Part shown: piece after piece, positions 15,001-30,000 of the stretch | How positions within the stretch are numbered: the stretch's first letter is position 1 | Layout of the letters: the number at the start of each line of letters is the position of its first letter | Assembly: GCF_964355755.1 (NCBI RefSeq) | Contig: NC_092680.1 | Coordinates: 11,222,001-11,286,000 of the forward strand | Direction: 5' to 3' | Length of the DNA stretch: 64,000 nt | Source: Antedon mediterranea | Taxonomy: Eukaryota > Animalia > Echinodermata | Notes under the pieces: generated by a model | The model's input: only the letters and a program-made list of their open reading frames with translations | Database searches by the model: none | Told to the model about the DNA's origin: nothing | Position numbers and translations under genes: made by a program

Positions 15001-18000
15001 AAACGTTTTTAAATACGATATTAAGCTGTTTTGTGCACTTTGATGATTTGTGTGAAAAGTTTTAACGAAATGCTCAAAATGGTCAAAAACGGTTTCTAAT
15101 GTGATTTTAAGCACTTTGATGTTTTTGTGTAACCAAGTTTTTTCAAAAATCACAAAATGGTCTAAAACGTCTCCAAATGCGATTTGAAGCTTTTCTAAGC
15201 ACTTTGGTGTTTTTATGTTTACAAGTTTTTTCGAAAATCACAAAATGGTCTAAAACGTCTCCAAATGCGATTTGAAGCTATTCTGTACACTTTGATGTTT
15301 TGTGTGAAAAAGTTTTGTCGAAATGCTCAAAATGGTCTAAAACATTTTTAAATACGATATTAAGCTATTTTGTGATCTTTGATGTTTTTGTGTGAAAAGT
15401 TTTATCGAAATGCTCAAAATGGTCTAAAACGGTTTCTATTGTGATTTTAAGCACTTTGATGATTTTGTGTAACCAAGTTTTATCGAAATGTACAAAATGG
15501 TCTAAAACGTCTCCAAATGCGATTTGAAGCTATTCTAAGTACTTTTGTGTTTTTATGTTAACAAGTTTTTTCGAAAATCACAAAATGGTCTAAAACGTCT
15601 TCAAATGCGATTTGAAGCTATTCTGTACACTTTGATGTTTTGTGTGAAAAAGTTTTGTCAAAATGCTCAAAATGGTCTAAAACGTTTTTAAAACGATATT
15701 AAGCTATTTTGTGCTCTTTGATGTTTTTGTGTAACCAAGTTTCATCGAAAATCACAACATGGTATAAAACGTCTCCAAATGCGATTTGAAGCTTTTCTAA
15801 GCACTTTGGTGTTTTTATGTTAACAAGTTTTTTCGAAAATCACAAAATGGTCTAAAACGTCTCCAAATGCGATTTGAAGCTTTTCTAAGCACTTTGGTGT
15901 TTTTTTGTTAACAAGTTTTTTCAAAAATCTTGAAATGGTCTAAAATGTCTCCAAATGCGATTTGAAGATATTCTGAGCACTTTGGTGTTTTTATGTTAAA
16001 AAGTTTTTTCGAAAATCACAAAATGGTCTAAAACGTCTCCAAATGCGATTTGAAGCTCTTCTGTACACTTTGATGTTTTGTGTGAAAAAGATTTGTCGAT
16101 ATGCTCAAAATGGTCTAAAACGTTTTTAAATACGATATTAAGCTGTTTTGTGCACTTTAATGATTTGTGTGAAAAGTTTTACGAAATGCTCAAAATGGTC
16201 TAAAACGGTTTCTAATGTGATTTTAAGCACTTTGATGTTTTTGTGTAACCAAGTTTTTTCGAAAATCACAAAATGGTCTAAAACGTCTCCAAATGCGATT
16301 TCAAGCTTTTCTAAGCACTTTGGTGTTTTTATGTTAACAAGTTTTTTCGAAAATCACAAAATGGTCTAAAACGTCTCCAAATGCGATTTGAGGATATTCT
16401 GAGCACTTTGGTGTTTTTATGTTATAAAGTTTTTTCGAAAATCACAAAATGGTCTAAAACGTCTCCAAATGCGATTTGAAGCTATTCTGTACACTTTGAT
16501 GTTTTGTGTGAAAAAGTTTTGTCGAAATGCTCAAAATGGTCTAAAACGTTTTTAAAACGATATTAAGCTATTTTGTGCTCTTTGATGTTTTTGTGTAACC
16601 AAGTTTCATCGAAATCAACAAAATGGTCTAATACGTCTCCAAATGCGATTTGAAGTTTTTCCAAGCACTTTGCTGTTTTTATGTTAACAAGTTTTTTCGA
16701 AAATCACAAAATGGTCTAAAACGTCTTCAAATGCGATTTGAAGCTATTCTGTACACTTTGATGTTTTGTGTGAAAAAGTTTTGTCGAAATGCTCAAAATG
16801 GTCTAAAACGTTTTTAAATACGATATAAAGCTATTTTGTGATCTTTGATGTTTTTGTGTGAAAAGTTTTATCGAAATGCTCAAAATGGTCTAAAACGGTT
16901 TCTAATGCGATTTGAAGCTATTCTGTACCCTTTGAAGTTTTTTGTGAAAAAGTTTTCTCGAAATGCTCAAAATGGTCTAAAAAGTTTTTATATACCATAT
17001 TAAGCTATTTTGTGCACTTTGATGTTTTTTGTGAAAAGTTTTATCGAAATGCTCAAAATGGTCTAAAACGGTTTCTTTTGGGATTTTAAGCACTTTGATG
17101 ATTTTGTGTAACCAAGTTTCATCGAAATGTACAAAATGGTCTAAAACGTCTCCAAATGCGATTTGAAGCTATTCTAAGTACTTTTGTGTTTTTATGTTAA
17201 CAAGTTTTTTCGAAAATCACAAAATGGTCTAAAACGTCTTCAAATGCGATTTGAAGCTATTCTGTAACACTTTTATGTTTTGTGTGAAAAAGTTTTGTCG
17301 AAATTCTCAAAATGGTCTAAAACGTTTTTAAATACGATATTAAGCTGTTTTGTGCACTTTGATGATTTGTGTGAAAATTTTTAACGAAATGCTCAAAATG
17401 GTCAAAAACGGTTTCTAATGTGATTTTAAGCACTTTGATGTTTTTGTGTAACCAAGTTTTTTCAAAAATCACAAAATGGTCTAAAACGTCTCCAAATGCG
17501 ATTTGAAGCTTTTCTAAGCACTTTGGTGTTTTTATGTTAACAAGTTTTTTCGAAAATCACAAAATGGTCTAAAACGTCTCCAAATGCGATTTGAAGATAT
17601 TCTGAGCACTTTGGTTTTTTTATGTTAAAAAGTTTTTTCGAAAATCACAAAATAGTCTAAAACGTCTCCAAATGCGATTTGAAGCTATTCTGTACACTTT
17701 GATGTTTTGTGTGAAAAAGTTTTGTCGAAATGCTCAAAATGGTCTAAAACGTTTTTAAAATGATATTAAGCTATTTTGTGCTCTTTGATGTTTTTGTGTA
17801 ACCAAGTTTCATCGAAAATCACAAAAAGGTCTAAAACGTCTCAAAATGCGATTTGAAGCTTTTCTAAGCACTTTGGTGTTTTTATGTTAACAAGTTTTTT
17901 CGAAAATCACGAAATGGTCTAAAATGTCTCCAAATGCGATTTGAAGATATTCTGAGCACTTTGGTGTTTTTATGTTAAAAAGTTTTATCGAAAATCACAA

Positions 18001-21000
18001 AATGGTCTAAAACGTCTCCAAATGCGATTTGAAGCTCTTCTGTACACTTTGATGTTTTGTGTGAAAAAGTTTTGTCGAAATGCTCAAAATGGTCTAAAAC
18101 GTTTTTAAATACGATATTAAGCTGTTTTGTGCACTTTGATGATTTGTGTGAAAAGTTTTAACGAAATGCTCAAAATGGTCTAAAACGGTTTCTAATGTGA
18201 TTTTAAGCACTTTGATGTTTTTGTGTAACCAAGTTTTATCGAAAATCACAAAATAGTCTAAAACGTCTCCAAATGCGATTTGAAGCTTTTCTAAGCACTT
18301 TGGTGTTTTTATGTTAACAAGTTTTTTCGAAAATCACAAAATGGTCTAAAACGACTCCAAATGCGATTTGAAGCTATTCTGTACACTTTGATGTTTTGTG
18401 TGAAAAAGTTTTGTCGAAATGCTCAAAATGGTCTAAAACATTTTTAAATACGATATTAAGCTATTTTGTGATCTTTGATGTTTTTGTGTGAAAAGTTTTA
18501 TCCAAATGCTCAAAATGGTCTAAAACGGTTTCTATTGTGATTTTAAGCACTTTGATGATTTTGTGTAACCAAGTTTCATCGAAATGTACAAAATGGTCTA
18601 AAACGTCTCCAAATGCGATTTGAAGCTATTCTAAGTACTTTTGTGTTTTTATGTTAACAAGTTTTTTCGAAAATCACAAAATGGTCTAAAACGTCTTCAA
18701 ATGCGATTTGAAGCTATTCTGTACACTTTGATGTTTTGTGTGAAAAAGTTTTGTCAAAATGCTCAAAATGGTCTAAAACGTTTTTAAAACGATATTTAGC
18801 TATTTTGTGCTCTTTGATGTTTTTGTGTAACCAAGTTTCATCGAAAATCACAACATGGTCTAAAACGTCTCCAAATGCGATTTGAAGCTTTTCTAAGCAC
18901 TTTGGTGTTTTTATGTTAACAAGTTTTTTCGAAAATCACAAAATGGTCTAAAACGTCTTCAAATGCGATTTGAAGCTATTCTGTACACTTTGATGTTTTG
19001 TGTGAAAAAGATTTGTCGATATGCTCAAAATGGTCTAAAACGTTTTTAAATACGATATTAAGCTGTTTTGTGCACTTTAATGATTTGTGTGAAAAGTTTT
19101 ACGAAATGCTCAAAATGGTCTAAAACGGTTTCTAATGTGATTTTAAGCACTTTGATGTTTTTGTGTAACCAAGTTTTTTCGAAAATCACAAAATGGTCTA
19201 AAACGTCTCCAAATGCGATTTCAAGCTTTTCTAAGCACTTTGGTGTTTTTATGTTAACAAGTTTTTTCGAAAATCACAAAATGGTCTAAAACGTCTCCAA
19301 ATGCGATTTGAGGATATTCTAAGCACTTTGGTGTTTTTATGTTAAAAAGTTTTTTCGAAAATCACAAAATGGTCTAAAACGTCTCCAAATGCGATTTGAA
19401 GCTATTCTGTACACTTTGATGTTTTGTGTGAAAAAGTTTTGTCGAAATGCTCAAAATGGTCTAAAACGTTTTTAAAACGATATTAAGCTATTTTGTGCTC
19501 TTTGATGTTTTTGTGTAACCAAGTTTCATCGAAATCAACAAAATGGTCTAATACGTCTCCAAATGCGATTTGAAGTTTTTCCAAGCACTTTGCTGTTTTT
19601 ATGTTAACAAGTTTTTTCGAAAATCACAAAATGGTCTAAAACGTCTTCAAATGCGATTTGAAGCTATTCTGTACACTTTGATGTTTTGTGTGAAAAAGTT
19701 TTGTCGAAATGCTCAAAATGGTCTAAAACGTTTTTAAATACGATATAAAGCTATTTTGTGATCTTTGATGTTTTTGTGTGAAAAGTTTTATCGAAATGCT
19801 CAAAATGGTCTAAAACGTCTCCAAATGCGATTTGAAGCTCTTCTGTACAGTTTGATGTTTTGTGTGAAAAAGTTTTGTCGAAATGCTCAAAATGGTCTAA
19901 AACGTTTTTAAATACGATATTAAGCTATTTTGTGATCTTTGATGTTTTTGTGTGAAAAGTTTTATCGAAATGCTCAAAATGGTCTAAAACGGTTTCTATT
20001 GTGATTTTAAGCACTTTGATGATTTTGTGTAACCAAGTTTCATCGAAATGTACAAAATGGTCTAAAACGTCTCCAAATGCGATTTGAAGCTATTCTAAGT
20101 ACTTTTGTGTTTTTATGTTAACAAGTTTTTTCGAAAATCACAAAATGGTCTAAAACGTCTTCAAATGCGATTTGAAGCTATTCTGTACACTTTGATGTTT
20201 TGTGTGAAAAAGATTTGTCGATATGCTCAAAATGGTCTAAAACGTTTTTAAATACGATATTAAGCTGTTTTGTGCACTTTAATGATTTGTGTGAAAAGTT
20301 TTACGAAATGCTCAAAATGGTCTAAAACGGTTTCTAATGTGATTTTAAGCACTTTGATGTTTTTGTGTAACCAAGTTTTTTCGAAAATCACAAAATGGTC
20401 TAAAACGTCTCCAAATGCGATTTCAAGCTTTTCTAAGCACTTTGGTGTTTTTATGTTAACAAGTTTTTTCGAAAATCACAAAATGGTCTAAAACGTCTCC
20501 AAATGCGATTTGAGGATATTCTAAGCACTTTGGTGTTTTTATGTTAAAAAGTTTTTTCGAAAATCACAAAATGGTCTAAAACGTCTCCAAATGCGATTTG
20601 AAGCTATTCTGTACACTTTGATGTTTTGTGTGAAAAAGTTTTGTCGAAATGCTCAAAATGGTCTAAAACGTTTTTAAAACGATATTAAGCTATTTTGTGC
20701 TCTTTGATGTTTTTGTGTAACCAAGTTTCATCGAAATCAACAAAATGGTCTAATACGTCTCCAAATGCGATTTCTAGTTTTTCCAAGCACTTTGCTGTTT
20801 TTATGTTAACAAGTTTTTTCGAAAATCACAAAATGGTCTAAAACGTCTTCAAATGCGATTTGAAGCTATTCTGTACACTTTGATGTTGTTGTGTGAAAAA
20901 GTTTTGTCGAAATGCTCAAAATGGTCTAAAACGTTTTTAAATACGATATAAAGCTATTTTGTGATCTTTGATGTTTTTGTGTGAAAAGTTTTATCGAAAT

Positions 21001-24000
21001 GCTCAAAATGGTCTAAAACGGTTTCTAATGCGATTTGAAGCTATTCTGTACCCTTTGAAGTTTTTTGTGAAAAAGTTTTCTCGAAATGCTCAAAATGGTC
21101 TAAAAAGTTTTTATATACCATATTAAGCTATTTTGTGCACTTTGATGTTTTTTGTGAAAAGTTTTATCGAAATGCTCAAAATGGTCTAAAACGGTTTCTA
21201 TTGGGATTTTAAGCACTTTGATGATTTTGTGTAACCAAGTTTCATCGAAATGTACAAAATGGTCTAAAACGTCTCCAAATGCGATTTGAAGCTATTCTAA
21301 GTACTTTTGTGTTTTTATGTTAACAAGTTTTTTCGAAAATCACAAAATGGTCTAAAACGTCTTCAAATGCGATTTGAAGCTATTCTGTACACTTTTATGT
21401 TTTGTGTGAAAAAGTTTTGTCGAAATTCTCAAAATGGTCTAAAACGTTTTTAAATACGATATTAAGCTGTTTTGTGCACTTTGATGATTTGTGTGAAAAG
21501 TTTTAACGAAATGCTCAAAATGGTCAAAAACGGTTTCTAATGTGATTTTAAGCACTTTGATGTTTTTGTGTAACCAAGTTTTTTCAAAAATCACAAAATG
21601 GTCTAAAACGTCTCCAAATGCGATTTGAAGCTTTTCTAAGCACTTTGGTGTTTTTATGTTAACAAGTTTTTTCGAAAATCACAAAATGGTCTAAAACGTC
21701 TCCAAATGCGATTTGAAGATATTCTGAGCACTTTGGTGTTTTTATGTTAAAAAGTTTTTTCGAAAATCACAAAATAGTCTAAAACGTCTCCAAATGCGAT
21801 TTGAAGCTATTCTGTACACTTTGATGTTTTGTGTGAAAAAGTTTTGTCGAAATGCTCAAAATGGTCTAAAACGTTTTTAAAACGATATTAAGCTATTTTG
21901 TGCTCTTTGATGTTTTTATGTAACCAAGTTTCATCGAAAATCACAAAATGGTCTAAAACGTCTCAAAATGCGATTTGAAGCTTTTCTAAGCACTTTGGTG
22001 TTTTTATGTTAACAAGTTTTTTCGAAAATCACGAAATGGTCTAAAATGTCTCCAAATGCGATTTGAAGATATTCTGAGCACTTTGGTGTTTTTATGTTAA
22101 AAAGTTTTTTCGAAAATCACAAAATGGTCTAAAACGTCTCCAAATGCGATTTGAAACTCTTCTGTACACTTTGATGTTTTGTGTGAAAAAGTTTTGTCGA
22201 AATGCTCAAAATGGTCTAAAACGTTTTTAAATACGATATTAAGCTGTTTTGTGCACTTTGATGATTTGTGTGAAAAGTTTTAACGAAATGCTCAAAATGG
22301 TCTAAAACGGTTTCTAATGTGATTTTAAGCACTTTGATGTTTTTGTGTAACCAAGTTTTATCGAAAATCACAAAATAGTCTAAAACGTCTCCAAATGCGA
22401 TTTGAAGCTTTTCTAAGCACTTTGGTGTTTTTATGTTAACAAGTTTTTTCGAAAATCACAAAATGGTCTAAAACGTCTCCAAATGCGATTTGAGGATATT
22501 CTGAGCACTTTGGTGTTTTTTTGTTAAAAAGTTTTTTCGAAAATCACAAAATGGTCTAAAACGTCTCCAAATGCGATTTGAAGCTATTCTGTACACTTTG
22601 ATGTTTTGTGTGAAAAAGTTTTGTCGAAATGCTCAAAATGGTCTAAAACATTTTTAAATACGATATTAAGCTATTTTGTGATCTTTGATGTTTTTGTGTG
22701 AAAAGTTTTATCGAAATGCTCAAAATGGTCTAAAACGGTTTCTATTGTGATTTTAAGCACTTTGATGATTTTGTGTAACCAAGTTTTATCGAAATGTACA
22801 AAATGGTCTAAAACGTCTCCAAATGCGATTTGAAGCTATTCTAAGTACTTTTGTGTTTTTATGTTAACAAGTTTTTTCGAAAATCACAAAATGGTCTAAA
22901 ACGTCTTCAAATGCGATTTGAAGCTATTCTGTACACTTTGATGTTTTGTGTGAAAAAGTTTTGTCAAAATGCTCAAAATGGTCCAAAACGTTTTTAAAAC
23001 GATATTAAGCTATTTTGTGCTCTTTGATGTTTTTGTGTAACCAAGTTTCATCGAAAATCACAACATGGTCTAAAACGTCTCCAAATGCGATTTGAAGCTT
23101 TTCTAAGCACTTTGGTGTTTTTATGTTAACAAGTTTTTTCGAAAATCACAAAATGGTCTAAAACGTCTCCAAATGCGATTTGAAGCTCTTCTGTACACTT
23201 TGATGTTTTGTTTGAAAAAGTTTTGTCGAAATTCTCAAAATGGTCTAAAACGTTTTTAAATACGATATTAAGCTGTTTTGTGCACTTTGATGATTTGTGT
23301 GAAAAGTTTTAACGAAATGCTCAAAATGGTCTAAAACGGTTTCTAATGTGATTTTAAGCACTTTGATGTTTTTGTGTAACCAAGTTTTTTCGAAAATCAC
23401 AAAATAGTCTAAAACGTCTCCAAATGCGATTTGAAGCTATTCTGTACACTTTTATGTTTTGTGTGAAAAAGTTTTGTCGAAATGCTCAAAATGGTCTAAA
23501 ACGTTTTAATATACCATATTAAGCTATTTTGTGCACTTTGATGTTTTTTGTGAAAAGTTTTATCGAAATCCTCAAAATGGTCTAAAACGGTTTCTATTGT
23601 GATTTTAAGCACTTTGATGATTTTGTGTAACCAAGTTTCATCGAAATGTACAAAATGGTCTAAAACGTCTCCAAATGCGATTTGAAGCTATTCTAAGTAC
23701 TTTTGTGTTTTTATGTTAACAAGTTTTTTTTTAAATCACAAAATGGTCTAAAACGTCTTCAAATGCGATTTGAAGCTATTCTGTACACTTTGATGTTTTG
23801 TGTGAAAAAGTTTTGTCGAAATGCTCAAAATGGTCTAAAACGTTTTTAAATACGATATTAAGCTATTTTGTGATCTTTGATGTTTTTGTGTGAAAAGTTT
23901 TATCGAAATGCTCAAAATGGTCTAAAACGGTTTCTATTGTGATTTTAAGCACTTTGATGATTTTGTGTAACCAAGTTTCATCGAAATGTACAAAATGGTC

Positions 24001-27000
24001 TAAAACGTCTCCAAATGCGATTTGAAGCTATTCGAAGTACTTTTGTGTTTTTATGTTAACAAGTTTTTTCGAAAATCACAAAATGGTCTAAAACGTCTTC
24101 AAATGCGATTTGAAGCTATTCTGTACACTTTGATGTTTTGTGTGAAAAAGTTTTGTCGAAATGCTCAAAATGGTCTAAAACGTTTTTAAATACGATATTA
24201 AGCTATTTTGTGCTCTTTGATGTTTTTGTGTAACCAAGTTTCATCGAAAATCACAAAATGGTCTAAAACGTCTTCAAATGCGATTTGAAGCTATTCTGTA
24301 CACTTTGATGTTTTGTGTGAAAAAGTTTTGTCAAAATGCTCAAAATGGTCTAAAACGTTTTTAAAACGATATTAAGCTATTTTGTGCTCTTTGATGTTTT
24401 TGTGTAACCAAGTTTCATCGAAAATCACAAAATGGTCTAAAACGTCTCCAAATGCGATTTGAAGCTTTTCTAAGCACTTTGGTGTTTTTATGTTAACAAG
24501 TTTTTTCGAAAATCACGAAATGGTCTAAAATGTCTCCAAATGCGATTTGAAGATATTCTGAGCACTCAGATGTTTTTGTGTGAAAAGTTTTATCGAAATG
24601 CTCAAAATGGTCTAAAACGGTTTCTAATGCGATTTGAAGCTATTCTGTACACTTTGAAGTTTTTTGTGAAAAAGTTTTCTCGAAATGCTCAAAATGGTCT
24701 AAAACGTTTTTATATACCATATTAAGCTATTTTGTGCACTTTTATGTTTTGTGTGAAAAAGTTTTGTTGAAATTCTCAAAATGGTCTAAAACGTTTTTAA
24801 ATACGATATTAAGCTGTTTTGTGCACTTTGATGATTTGTGTGAAAAGTTTTAACGAAATGCTCAAAATGGTCAAAAACGGTTTCTAATGTGATTTTAAGC
24901 ACTTTGATGTTTTTGTGTAACCAAGTTTTTTCAAAAATCACAAAATGGTCTAAAACGTCTCCAAATGCGATTTGAAGCTTTTCTAAGCACTTTGGTGTTT
25001 TTATGTTAACAAGTTTTTTCGAAAATCACAAAATGGTCTAAAACGTCTCCAAATGCGATTTGAAGCTATTCTGTACACTTTGATGTTTTGTGTGAAAAAG
25101 TTTTGTCGAAATGCTCAAAATGGTCTAAAACATTTTTAAATACGATATTAAGCTATTTTGTGATCTTTGATGTTTTTGTGTGAAAAGTTTTATCGAAATG
25201 CTCAAAATGGTCTAAAACGGTTTCTATTGTGATTTTAAGCACTTTGATGATTTTGTGTAACCAAGTTTCATCGAAATGTACAAAATGGTCTAAAACGTCT
25301 CCAAATGCGATTTGAAGCTATTCTAAGTACTTTTGTGTTTTTATGTTAACAAGTTTTTTCGAAAATCACAAAATGGTCTAAAACGTCTTCAAATGCGATT
25401 TGAAGCTATTCTGTACACTTTGATGTTTTGTGTGAAAAAGTTTTGTCAAAATGCTCAAAATGGTCTAAAACGTTTTTAAAACGATATTAAGCTATTTTGT
25501 GCTCTTTGATGTTTTTGTGTAACCAAGTTTCATCGAAAATCACAACATGGTATAAAACGTCTCCAAATGCGATTTGAAGCTTTTCTAAGCACTTTGGTGT
25601 TTTTATGTTAACAAGTTTTTTCGAAAATCACAAAATGGTCTAAAACGTCTCCAAATGCGATTTGAAGCTTTTCTAAGCACTTTGGTGTTTTTATGTTAAC
25701 AAGTTTTTTCGAAAATCTTGAAATGGTCTAAAATGTCTCCAAATGCGATTTGAAGATATTCTGAGCACTTTGGTGTTTTTATGTTAAAAAGTTTTTTCGA
25801 AAATCACAAAATGGTCTAAAACGTCTCCAAATGCGATTTGAAGCTCTTCTGTACACTTTGATGTTTTGTGTGAAAAAGATTTGTCGATATGCTCAAAATG
25901 GTCTAAAACGTTTTTAAATACGATATTAAGCTGTTTTGTGCACTTTAATGATTTGTGTGAAAAGTTTTACGAAATGCTCAAAATGGTCTAAAACGGTTTC
26001 TAATGTGATTTTAAGCACTTTGATGTTTTTGTGTAACCAAGTTTTTTCGAAAATCACAAAATGGTCTAAAACGTCTCCAAATGCGATTTCAAGCTTTTCT
26101 AAGCACTTTGGTGTTTTTATGTTAACAAGTTTTTTCGAAAATCACAAAATGGTCTAAAACGTCTCCAAATGCGATTTGAGGATATTCTGAGCACTTTGGT
26201 GTTTTTATGTTATAAAGTTTTTTCGAAAATCACAAAATGGTCTAAAACGTCTCCAAATGCGATTTGAAGCTATTCTGTACACTTTGATGTTTTGTGTGAA
26301 AAAGTTTTGTCGAAATGCTCAAAATGGTCTAAAACGTTTTTAAAACGATATTAAGCTATTTTGTGCTCTTTGATGTTTTTGTGTAACCAAGTTTCATCGA
26401 AATCAACAAAATGGTCTAATACGTCTCCAAATGCGATTTGAAGTTTTTCCAAGCACTTTGCTGTTTTTATGTTAACAAGTTTTTTCGAAAATCACAAAAT
26501 GGTCTAAAACGTCTTCAAATGCGATTTGAAGCTATTCTGTACACTTTGATGTTTTGTGTGAAAAAGTTTTGTCGAAATGCTCAAAATGGTCTAAAACGTT
26601 TTTAAATACGATATAAAGCTATTTTGTGATCTTTGATGTTTTTGTGTGAAAAGTTTTATCGAAATGCTCAAAATGGTCTAAAACGGTTTCTAATGCGATT
26701 TGAAGCTATTCTGTACCCTTTGAAGTTTTTTGTGAAAAAGTTTTCTCGAAATGCTCAAAATGGTCTAAAAAGTTTTTATATACCATATTAAGCTATTTTG
26801 TGCACTTTGATGTTTTTTGTGAAAAGTTTTATCGAAATGCTCAAAATGGTCTAAAACGGTTTCTATTGGGATTTTAAGCACTTTGATGATTTTGTGTAAC
26901 CAAGTTTCATCGAAATGTACAAAATGGTCTAAAACGTCTCCAAATGCGATTTGAAGCTATTCTAAGTACTTTTGTGTTTTTATGTTAACAAGTTTTTTTT

Positions 27001-30000
27001 TAAATCACAAAATGGTCTAAAACGTCTTCAAATGCGATTTGAAGCTATTCTGTACACTTTGATGTTTTGTGTGAAAAGGTTTTGTCGAAATGCTCAAAAT
27101 GGTCTAAAACGTTTTTAAATACGATATTAAGCTATTTTGTGATCTTTGATGTTTTTGTGTGAAAAGTTTTATCGAAATGCTCAAAATGGTCTAAAACGGT
27201 TTCTATTGTGATTTTAAGCACTTTGATGATTTTGTGTAACCAAGTTTCATCGAAATGTACAAAATGGTCTAAAACGTCTCCAAATGCGATTTGAAGCTAT
27301 TCTAAGTACTTTTGTGTTTTTATGTTAACAAGTTTTTTCGAAAATCACAAAATGGTCTAAAACGTCTTCAAATGCGATTTGAAGCTATTCTGTACACTTT
27401 GATGTTTTGTGTGAAAAAGTTTTGTCGAAATGCTCAAAATGGTCAAAAATGGTTTCTAATGTGATTTTAAGCACAAGCACTTTGGTGTTTTTATGTTAAC
27501 AAGTTTTTTCGAAAATCACAAAATGGTCTAAAACGTCTCCAAATGCGATTTGAAGATATTCTGAGCACTTTGGTGTTTTTATGTTAAAAAGTTTTTTCGA
27601 AAATCACAAAATGGTCTAAAACGTCTCAAAATGCGATTTGAAGCTAATCTGTACACTTTGATGTTTTGTGTGAAAAAGTTTTGTCGAAATGCTCAAAATG
27701 GTCTAAAACGTTTTTAAATACGATATTAAGCTATTTTGTGCTCTTTGATGTTTTTGTGTAACCAAGTTTCATCGAAAATCACAAAATGGTCTAAAACGTC
27801 TTCAAATGCGATTTGAAGCTATTCTGTACACTTTGATGTTTTGTGTGAAAAAGTTTTGTCAAAATGCTCAAAATGGTCTAAAACGTTTTTAAAACGATAT
27901 TAAGCTATTTTGTGCTCTTTGATGTTTTTGTGTAACCAAGTTTCATCGAAAATCACAAAATGGTCTAAAACGTCTCCAAATGCGATTTGAAGCTTTTCTA
28001 AGCACTTTGGTGTTTTTATGTTAACAAGTTTTTTCGAAAATCACGAAATGGTCTAAAATGTCTCCAAATGCGATTTGAAGATATTCTGAGCACTTAGATG
28101 TTTTTGTGTGAAAAGTTTTATCGAAATGCTCAAAATGGTCTAAAACGGTTTCTAATGCGATTTGAAGCTATTCTGTACACTTTGAAGTTTTTTGTGAAAA
28201 AGTTTTCTCGAAATGCTCAAAATGGTCTAAAACGTTTTTATATACCATATTAAGCTATTTTGTGCACTTTTATGTTTTGTGTGAAAAAGTTTTGTCGAAA
28301 TTCTCAAAATGGTCTAAAACGTTTTTAAATACGATATTAAGCTGTTTTGTGCACTTTGATGATTTGTGTGAAAAGTTTTAACGAAATGCTCAAAATGGTC
28401 AAAAACGGTTTCTAATGTGATTTTAAGCACTTTGATGTTTTTGTGTAACCAAGTTTTTTCAAAAATCACAAAATGGTCTAAAACGTCTCCAAATGCGATT
28501 TGAAGCTTTTCTAAGCACTTTGGTGTTTTTATGTTTACAAGTTTTTTCGAAAATCACAAAATGGTCTAAAACGTCTCCAAATGCGATTTGAAGCTATTCT
28601 GTACACTTTGATGTTTTGTGTGAAAAAGTTTTGTCGAAATGCTCAAAATGGTCTAAAACATTTTTAAATACGATATTAAGCTATTTTGTGATCTTTGATG
28701 TTTTTGTGTGAAAAGTTTTATCGAAATGCTCAAAATGGTCTAAAACGGTTTCTATTGTGATTTTAAGCACTTTGATGATTTTGTGTAACCAAGTTTTATC
28801 GAAATGTACAAAATGGTCTAAAACGTCTCCAAATGCGATTTGAAGCTATTCTAAGTACTTTTGTGTTTTTATGTTAACAAGTTTTTTCGAAAATCACAAA
28901 ATGGTCTAAAACGTCTTCAAATGCGATTTGAAGCTATTCTGTACACTTTGATGTTTTGTGTGAAAAAGTTTTGTCAAAATGCTCAAAATGGTCTAAAACG
29001 TTTTTAAAACGATATTAAGCTATTTTGTGCTCTTTGATGTTTTTGTGTAACCAAGTTTCATCGAAAATCACAACATGGTATAAAACGTCTCCAAATGCGA
29101 TTTGAAGCTTTTCTAAGCACTTTGGTGTTTTTATGTTAACAAGTTTTTTCGAAAATCACAAAATGGTCTAAAACGTCTCCAAATGCGATTTGAAGCTTTT
29201 CTAAGCACTTTGGTGTTTTTTTGTTAACAAGTTTTTTCAAAAATCTTGAAATGGTCTAAAATGTCTCCAAATGCGATTTGAAGATATTCTGAGCACTTTG
29301 GTGTTTTTATGTTAAAAAGTTTTTTCGAAAATCACAAAATGGTCTAAAACGTCTCCAAATGCGATTTGAAGCTCTTCTGTACACGTTGATGTTTTGTGTG
29401 AAAAAGATTTGTCGATATGCTCAAAATGGTCTAAAACGTTTTTAAATACGATATTAAGCTGTTTTGTGCACTTTAATGATTTGTGTGAAAAGTTTTACGA
29501 AATGCTCAAAATGGTCTAAAACGGTTTCTAATGTGATTTTAAGCACTTTGATGTTTTTGTGTAACCAAGTTTTTTCGAAAATCACAAAATGGTCTAAAAC
29601 GTCTCCAAATGCGATTTCAAGCTTTTCTAAGCACTTTGGTGTTTTTATGTTAACAAGTTTTTTCGAAAATCACAAAATGGTCTAAAACGTCTCCAAATGC
29701 GATTTGAGGATATTCTGAGCACTTTGGTGTTTTTATGTTATAAAGTTTTTTCGAAAATCACAAAATGGTCTAAAACGTCTCCAAATGCGACTTGAAGCTA
29801 TTCTGTACACTTTGATGTTTTGTGTGAAAAAGTTTTGTCGAAATGCTCAAAATGGTCTAAAACGTTTTTAAAACGATATTAAGCTATTTTGTGCTCTTTG
29901 ATGTTTTTGTGTAACCAAGTTTCATCGAAATCAACAAAATGGTCTAATACGTCTCCAAATGCGATTTGAAGTTTTTCCAAGCACTTTGCTGTTTTTATGT

